Shown piece after piece: positions 57,957 to 64,000 of a stretch of 64,000 bases of DNA. Numbering within the stretch: the stretch's first letter is position 1; each line of letters begins with the position of its first letter. The notes below the pieces were generated by a model. The model saw only the letters and a list, made by a program, of their open reading frames with translations, ran no database searches and was not told where the DNA came from. Source of the DNA: a virus; IMG/VR virus record IMGVR_UViG_3300043389_000001, positions 46,656 through 110,655 of that record; one strand, 5' to 3'. The position numbers and the translations under genes are program-made.

Positions 57957-59773
57957 TGCCAGCAGCCATCGAACCCGAACAGCCCTACGTCGGTCGCACC
58001 GGCCGAGGCGGCGCCCCCGGACCCACCGGCCCCAGCGGGGCATCCGGAGCCAGCGGCCCCACCGGCTCACCCGGCTCACCCGGCTCCACCGGAGCAACCG
58101 GACCCACCGGCGCCACGGGCGCATCTGGTTCACCCGGCCCTGCCGGCGCCGACGGAGCATCCGGTGCGCCCGGCTCCGTCGGCGCCACCGGACCGACCGG
58201 ACCGACCGGAGCCACCGGCCCCGCCGGAGCCAGCGGCGCTACGGGTTCAACGGGAGCCACCGGGCCATCCGGGCGCGACGGAACCGACGGCCTACCCGGC
58301 GCCTCGGGCACCATCGGCATGACCGGCGCGTCCGGACCTGCCGGACCGGCCGGACCAGCCGGGGCATCAGGCACCGCCGGAGCCAGCGGCAGCGCAGGCG
58401 CACCCGGCGCTATCGGAGCCACCGGACCCACGGGACCCTCCGGCACGGCGGGCACCCCCGGCGCTCCCGGCGCTTCAGGTGCGCCCGGTGCCCCCGGGCC
58501 GGCGGGAGCTACCGGTGCGACGGGACCGGTGGGGGCCAGCGGCCCGGCCGGTCCCACGGGCGCGAGCGGACCCAGCGGCACCGCCGGAGCCACGGGACCA
58601 GCAGGAGCCACCGGGGCCGGCGTCACTGGCGCCACGGGAGCGACCGGCCCCACCGGAGCGACCGGCCCCACCGGTGCCACGGGACCGGTGGGAGCAACCG
58701 GGACCACACCAGCGCCGGTTGCCTCGATCCGCTACAAGTTCTCCCTCGGCCTGGGCGTGGCCCTGCCGGCGACGTTCATCCGCTTCGACAAGGCCAACCC
58801 CGACTACCTGACGTTCTCCTACGCCGACGCCGACGGGAACGACGCCAGCAACTGGCTCAGCCAGGTCACCCCCGGCGTTTACGTCTGCCTCCTGAACTCC
58901 GGCGGCGGCTACGTCCTGCTGCAGCTCGGCGCCTACAACAACTCCGGCACCCAGAACGGCACCGACTGGGTGCGCTACCAAGCCACCCTCATCAGCGCCA
59001 CCACCAGCTTCTCCACCAGCGAGATCGTCTACGTCGTCGTCCAGCGCCCCGGCCCCACCGGAGCAACCGGCTCGGGCGGCGCCGTAGGAGCCACCGGACC
59101 AGCCGGACCCACCGGACCCCAGGGCCTCACCGGAGCTACCGGACCGGTCGGCCCACCCGGAGCCACCGGTGCCGGGGTCACCGGAGCCACCGGCGTCAGC
59201 GGCCCCGCCGGAAGCATCGGCGCCACAGGAGCCACCGGACCTGCTGGGGCGAGCGGGCCAGCAGGTCCATCCGGCACCGCAGGTACCAACGGCACCATCG
59301 GACCAGCCGGAGCCAGCGGACCGGCCGGTCCATCCGGCGCCGCCGGAGCAGTAGGAGCCACCGGCCCCTCTGGACCGGCCGGTACAGCCGGAGCCTCAGG
59401 CATCGCTGGAGCCCCCGGCGCATCGGGCGTAGCCGGACCCTCAGGCGCCGCCGGAACCGTGGGCGCCACCGGGCCGACAGGCCCCACCGGCGTCACCGGC
59501 CCGACCGGCGTAGGAACCACGGGGGCCACCGGCCCTTCTGGAACCCCGGGAACGGCCGGTGCTTCCGGTAGCCCCGGCACCGCAGGCCCCGTCGGGGCTA
59601 CCGGTGTGACCGGAGCGACCGGCCCTGTCGGAGCTACCGGACCTGCCGGGCCCGCCGGGCCAGCAGGAGGCGGCGGTGGCAGTGGCGGCTCCACGACTGT
59701 CTTCTACACCCCGACGCGGCCGACAGCCCTAGCGGTCGGGGACATCTGGATCGACACGAGCGGAGCTTGGTAA
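57956..59773 (+). CDS. Collagen-like fibre protein
   Basis: G-X-Y repeats around a central globular domain; TGATG overlap; ends GDIWID. Confidence 0.88.
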
Positions 59774-61699
59774 GTGCCTGCACCGGCATATTCATTCGAG
59801 AACTACTTCTTCACCGGCGAGCCGGCCCTAGACCTTATGAACAAGATCGAGGCCCAGCTCACCGCAGCCGGGTGGGTGTTCATCGAGCAGGTCACCTACA
59901 CCCAGACCGTCGCCCGCTTCATGCGCATCTGGCAGTGCCCCGCCGCTCTGAACGCTGCCGGCGTCGACTTCTACATCGGCATGAGCCGCAACACTGCCAG
60001 CGGGCAGGGCTACTTCTCCATCCGCCTGTTCGAAGGATGGAACGCCACCGCCAAACTCATCCAGCGCCCCGCCATCGGCGGCAGCGGCGGCGGCGCCAGC
60101 GCCTACTTCGGACAGATCCAATACGGCGGCGGCACATTCATCCAGACCGTCGCCGCGATGACGGCCGCCAACTACTTCTCCAACATCGTCCTGACCTCTC
60201 CCGACGGCCTGAACTGGACCGCGCGGCGAACGTCCGGCACCAACCCGTGGTCGATAGCTGCCTACGGCAACGGAACCTGGGTCATGCTCGGCGGACTGGT
60301 GTCCTACACCAACTCCCCCACCTACAACGCCAGCACGCTGGCCGCCACCTCGACCGACAACGGGGTCACGTGGACGCCCCGGACCGTCGCTAACCTCCAA
60401 TGGACCGACTGCGTCTACGGTTCAGGGCCAGGACTGTTCGTCGCCACCGCCCCCGGAAGCGCATGGGCCAGCTCCCCGGACGGGATCACGTGGACCCCCC
60501 GAACCCCTTCGGCCAGCGGCACATGGGCGGCCATCGCCTATGGCAACGGTACCTACGTCGCCGTCAACGCCTCCAGCACCACGAGCTGCCAGCAGTCCAC
60601 CAACGGAACCACTTTCACCTCACGCGCCATCAGCACCACCGCCTATCCGTTCATCGACGTCGCCTACGGCGCAGGACTATTCGTCGCTCTCAACGCCTCA
60701 GGCCACATCTCCTACTCGCCCGACGGCATCACGTGGACTCTGAAGACCAACGCCATTACCGGTGGCGGTAACTGGTCCAGCATCACCTATGGAGACAGCG
60801 GTTTCGTCGCGGTCAACAACGGCACGAACGCCTCGACACGCGGCTGGGCCTACTCCGTTGATGGCATCAACTGGGCCAGCGGCAACAGCAACTTCGACAC
60901 CGGCAACACCTACATGCACGGCGTCACGTTCGGCGCGGGACAGTACATCGCTGTCGGCTCGGGCAACAACGCCAGCTCGCACGTCACGCTCACCGATCTC
61001 GCCCTCGGTAAGCCGCTGCCCTACGGCATCCCCCTGCTGGGCCCGTTCGCGCCCGGCGACCACAGCCTGGTCAATATCGGTCCCACCACCGCGATCGGCA
61101 GCCAGCAGACCAACTACCAGCAGAACGAAGTCGCCAACACCTTCTCCCTCAGCGCCAGCTTCGACATAGGCATTCTGGCCTCGAAGTCCTACCTCGCCGT
61201 AGCGGTCAACACCAACGGCACCGGCAGCACCCTCATGCAATTCACGGCCGGCGCCTTTGCCCCCACCTATACCGACAACCCCGTCACGAACCCGCCGGTG
61301 TACCTACTGGGGTACAGCGGCGGACAGTACGCGACCACCCGAAACATGCGCACCCTGCCCGACACCGGCAACAACTACACCTTCGGTGGATACCTCAACC
61401 CCGACGGCATCCTCGCCGGACTGCACACCGGAGCAGCCAAAGACCCTGTTATGCAGGGTATCCGCGCCACCCGTATAGCCCTGACCGGCCTCGACCAGCT
61501 CTTGGCGTACACCAACTACGGCGGCTTGCGCGGCTACATGTACGACTGCATCGCCGTCGCCATCTCCTCCCAGACCGCCCTGAAGGTCGGCGACACCGTC
61601 ACCCTCGGCGGCATCACCTACACCGCCTTGGGGTACGCGCGTAACACCGCCAGCAACGCCTTCTTCGGGCTCTTCTTCAACACCACTGCAGGCAACTAA
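59774..61699 (+). CDS. Tail/fibre protein with Asp-box beta-propeller repeats
   Basis: Six S.DG..W/FT-like repeats (SPDGLNW, STDNGVTW, SPDGITW, STNGTTF, SPDGITW, SVDGINW). Confidence 0.8.
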   Translation: MPAPAYSFENYFFTGEPALDLMNKIEAQLTAAGWVFIEQVTYTQTVARFMRIWQCPAALNAAGVDFYIGMSRNTASGQGYFSIRLFEGWNATAKLIQRPAIGGSGGGASAYFGQIQYGGGTFIQTVAAMTAANYFSNIVLTSPDGLNWTARRTSGTNPWSIAAYGNGTWVMLGGLVSYTNSPTYNASTLAATSTDNGVTWTPRTVANLQWTDCVYGSGPGLFVATAPGSAWASSPDGITWTPRTPSASGTWAAIAYGNGTYVAVNASSTTSCQQSTNGTTFTSRAISTTAYPFIDVAYGAGLFVALNASGHISYSPDGITWTLKTNAITGGGNWSSITYGDSGFVAVNNGTNASTRGWAYSVDGINWASGNSNFDTGNTYMHGVTFGAGQYIAVGSGNNASSHVTLTDLALGKPLPYGIPLLGPFAPGDHSLVNIGPTTAIGSQQTNYQQNEVANTFSLSASFDIGILASKSYLAVAVNTNGTGSTLMQFTAGAFAPTYTDNPVTNPPVYLLGYSGGQYATTRNMRTLPDTGNNYTFGGYLNPDGILAGLHTGAAKDPVMQGIRATRIALTGLDQLLAYTNYGGLRGYMYDCIAVAISSQTALKVGDTVTLGGITYTALGYARNTASNAFFGLFFNTTAGN

Positions 61700-61701
61700 G
61701 T

Positions 61702-61911
61702 ATGCCGGCCCTCGTCACCACCCCGGCCACCGCGCCTCTCACCAGCCTGTGGATCGCACCCCTGAACAAGCTCGGCGCCGCCACCACCATCGCCCCCAAG
61801 GCCGCCTACCCCGGCGCGAGCAACGCCGTCGTCGTACGCCAGCCCAGCGGCTACCCCATCAAGCGATGGAACGGCAGCGTCTGGGTCACCGTGTACCAGC
61901 CGCGCTACTGA
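61702..61911 (+). CDS. Small structural protein
   Basis: KRWNGSVWV motif common in fibre cassettes. Confidence 0.6.
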   Translation: MPALVTTPATAPLTSLWIAPLNKLGAATTIAPKAAYPGASNAVVVRQPSGYPIKRWNGSVWVTVYQPRY

Positions 61912-61954
61912 CCGACGCATCGAATAATCCCTACCGAAGGTCGAAACCAAGCTC

Positions 61955-63382
61955 GTGGGAGCCCTGAAGATCAGACGCGGCGGGACGTGGGAGTACGTCA
62001 CGCCCTCAACCGACGGCCCCACCGGAGCGACCGGCCCCGCAGGCAGCAGTGGACTGACTTTCACGCGCCGCTGGACCAACATCAACAACGGCCTACCGAA
62101 CTTCCCCGGCTGGACCTACGTCAGCACGTACTCCGACACCAACGGCAGATACGGCAACGCCTACGTCGACGTCAAGGATCTGAACGGCACCGATCAGACC
62201 GCCTTGGTCAACCTGCTCGACAAGGGCGCCATCCTGCGGATCACCGAACCGGCCACCGGCCAGTACCTCGAAGGCTCCGTCTTCACCGCCGAGTCCAGCT
62301 CCGCCGGAAGCCTCACCTTCCGCAACGTCATTGCCAAAGTCATCGACGCGCAGGTCACCCAGTTCCAGACCGAGGGCAACCTCCTCGAATACCGTTTCAC
62401 ACCGGCCGGACCCGCAGGCCCATCAGGGATTGCCGGCGCCAGCGGAGCCCCCGGCGCCACCGGCAAGTCCGGGGCCACCTACGTGCGCCGCGTCCTGGGC
62501 TTCGACAACGTCAACGGATGGTCCCAGGGCGGCGACAGCCTCGACGGCACCGGCATCATCACCATCGCCAAGAACGCCCCCGCCGGCCTGGACGAGACCG
62601 CACTGCTGAACCAGATCCGCGTCGGGGACATCCTCGCGGCCGAGTTCATCAACGACCGCCGCCTCATCCTGAAGCTGACGTCCGTCCTGGCCACTGCCAA
62701 CACGGTCCCCGGTGTCCAGTTCCAAGGAACGATCCTCGAAAATACGGCCACCAATGACGATTGGGGCGGCTTCACCAACCCCCTGCTTGTTTCCTACTGG
62801 CCCACCGCTTCATCCACGGGATCGGGATCGGTCGGCGCCACCGGACCTCAGGGGCCCGTAGGAGCTACCGGGCCACAGGGTCCGTCCGGACCGGTTGGGC
62901 CCTCCGGGGTACCAGGCGCATCGGGAGTCGCAGGAACACCGGGAGCAAGCGGCACCGCTGGAACCGTTGGAGCCACCGGTCCCATTGGGTCCACCGGCCC
63001 CGTTGGAGCCACCGGCCCCGTTGGAGCCACCGGATCAGTCGGAGCTACGGGACCGGTTGGCGCGACAGGTATCACGGGCACAGTGGGCACCCCAGGCACG
63101 GTGGGAGCAACCGGGCCCACTGGCGTGACCGGAGCAACTGGCGTGGGCACGGTCGGCGCCACCGGAGCTACCGGCGTCACAGGCCCCACGGGCGTGGGAA
63201 CGGCGGGGGCCGTCGGGGCAACCGGCCCCACCGGTGTCACCGGACCCACTGGCGTCGGAACAGTCGGCGCAACCGGCCCCACGGGCGTCACCGGCGTGAC
63301 CGGCCCACCCGGCGTCACCGGCGCTACCGGGGCCAGTTCCTCGTCCGGCTACTACCGATACTTCCTGAGCGGAGCGAGATAA
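61955..63382 (+). CDS. Collagen-like fibre protein
   Basis: Two globular domains plus G-X-T repeats. Confidence 0.85.
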   Translation: MGALKIRRGGTWEYVTPSTDGPTGATGPAGSSGLTFTRRWTNINNGLPNFPGWTYVSTYSDTNGRYGNAYVDVKDLNGTDQTALVNLLDKGAILRITEPATGQYLEGSVFTAESSSAGSLTFRNVIAKVIDAQVTQFQTEGNLLEYRFTPAGPAGPSGIAGASGAPGATGKSGATYVRRVLGFDNVNGWSQGGDSLDGTGIITIAKNAPAGLDETALLNQIRVGDILAAEFINDRRLILKLTSVLATANTVPGVQFQGTILENTATNDDWGGFTNPLLVSYWPTASSTGSGSVGATGPQGPVGATGPQGPSGPVGPSGVPGASGVAGTPGASGTAGTVGATGPIGSTGPVGATGPVGATGSVGATGPVGATGITGTVGTPGTVGATGPTGVTGATGVGTVGATGATGVTGPTGVGTAGAVGATGPTGVTGPTGVGTVGATGPTGVTGVTGPPGVTGATGASSSSGYYRYFLSGAR

Positions 63383-63385
63383 CCC

Positions 63386-63694
63386 ATGGCTGCGCCCATC
63401 CTGCGCCACTACCAGAACCTCATGCCGGCCGGAAACAGCACGCTGTTCACAGTTCCCACCGCCCGAGCGCTGGTCATCAGTAAGATTCTGATCGCAGCAA
63501 CCGGCACGTCGACAACGTCGACGATCACCCTGACGGCGGCCGGCAACTGGCTGATCACCAACCTCAACCTCACCCAGGGGCAGGTCTACACCGAGACCGG
63601 TGTGGTCATGACCGCAGGCGAGGCGCTGGTCGCAACCACCAGCGCCTCCAATATCTACGCCCTGCACGTGTTCGGCGAAGAGGTGGACAACTAA
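63386..63694 (+). CDS. Small beta-rich structural protein
   Basis: TLFTVP....I.....A pattern; TAATG overlap. Confidence 0.7.
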   Translation: MAAPILRHYQNLMPAGNSTLFTVPTARALVISKILIAATGTSTTSTITLTAAGNWLITNLNLTQGQVYTETGVVMTAGEALVATTSASNIYALHVFGEEVDN

Positions 63695-64000
63695 TGGGCA
63701 CACTGTTCACAGGAGCAGGCGGTAGCAGCGGTGGCGGAAGCGCAGGTTCCTTCCAGGCCAGCAGCGCCAACGGCGCCTACGCCCGCGTGAACGTGACCGG
63801 CGCAACCAGCATGACGTTCTACTCCTCCACCGCCACCAACCTGCTGATCACGGAGATAGGTTTCTACATCGCCCAAGCCGGTGCCGTGAGCAACACCACC
63901 GGCAACTACGTCGGATCACTGAACTTCAACCTATCGGTAGCCGGTCAGCCGGTCGCCTCGATGATTCCCACATTCGAAGTGCGCGGCAGCGGGACCGTAG
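63694..64000 (+). CDS. Structural protein, truncated by window end
   Basis: Open from ATG 63694 (MGTLFTGAGG...) to edge. Confidence 0.6.
   Translation, partial: MGTLFTGAGGSSGGGSAGSFQASSANGAYARVNVTGATSMTFYSSTATNLLITEIGFYIAQAGAVSNTTGNYVGSLNFNLSVAGQPVASMIPTFEVRGSGTV

Overview
This window is a 64-kb internal segment of a large, high-GC tailed dsDNA phage, most likely infecting an actinobacterium. No integrase, rRNA or CRISPR array is visible. (1) About 0.3-21.4 kb is a leftward-transcribed early arm: a GAF-only protein, a DNA-end/junction toolkit (ATP-dependent ligase, Ku, RuvB-like ATPase), a YefM-YoeB pair with an intact operator but an altered toxin active site, and many small hypothetical genes separated by repeated hairpin/palindrome/RBS cassettes. 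(2) About 18.2-21.8 kb is compositionally odd: a ~1-kb non-coding stretch (TGCCGA array, G-tracts, inverted repeats) and a CTAG-rich three-gene island next to the strand switch. (3) About 21.9-41 kb holds mostly rightward middle genes: thyA, dcd, a minimal C5-methyltransferase-like gene, two ParB-fold proteins, an Flp-pilin-like peptide, two lysins, holin-like genes, an SNase-like nuclease and RusA. (4) 41 kb to the end is morphogenesis: terminase, portal, protease, scaffold, major capsid, then ~10 kb of collagen-like fibre genes. The best candidate for an undescribed system is at 23.6-24.7 kb. A conserved hypothetical gene is followed by two tandem circularly permuted tRNA-like RNAs (T-arm, acceptor-CCA, 4-nt linker, acceptor 5' strand, D-arm). 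They have YrlA/Y-RNA-like topology, yet no Ro60/Rsr or RtcB gene lies in the window. Family names come from motif recognition by eye; no searches were run.
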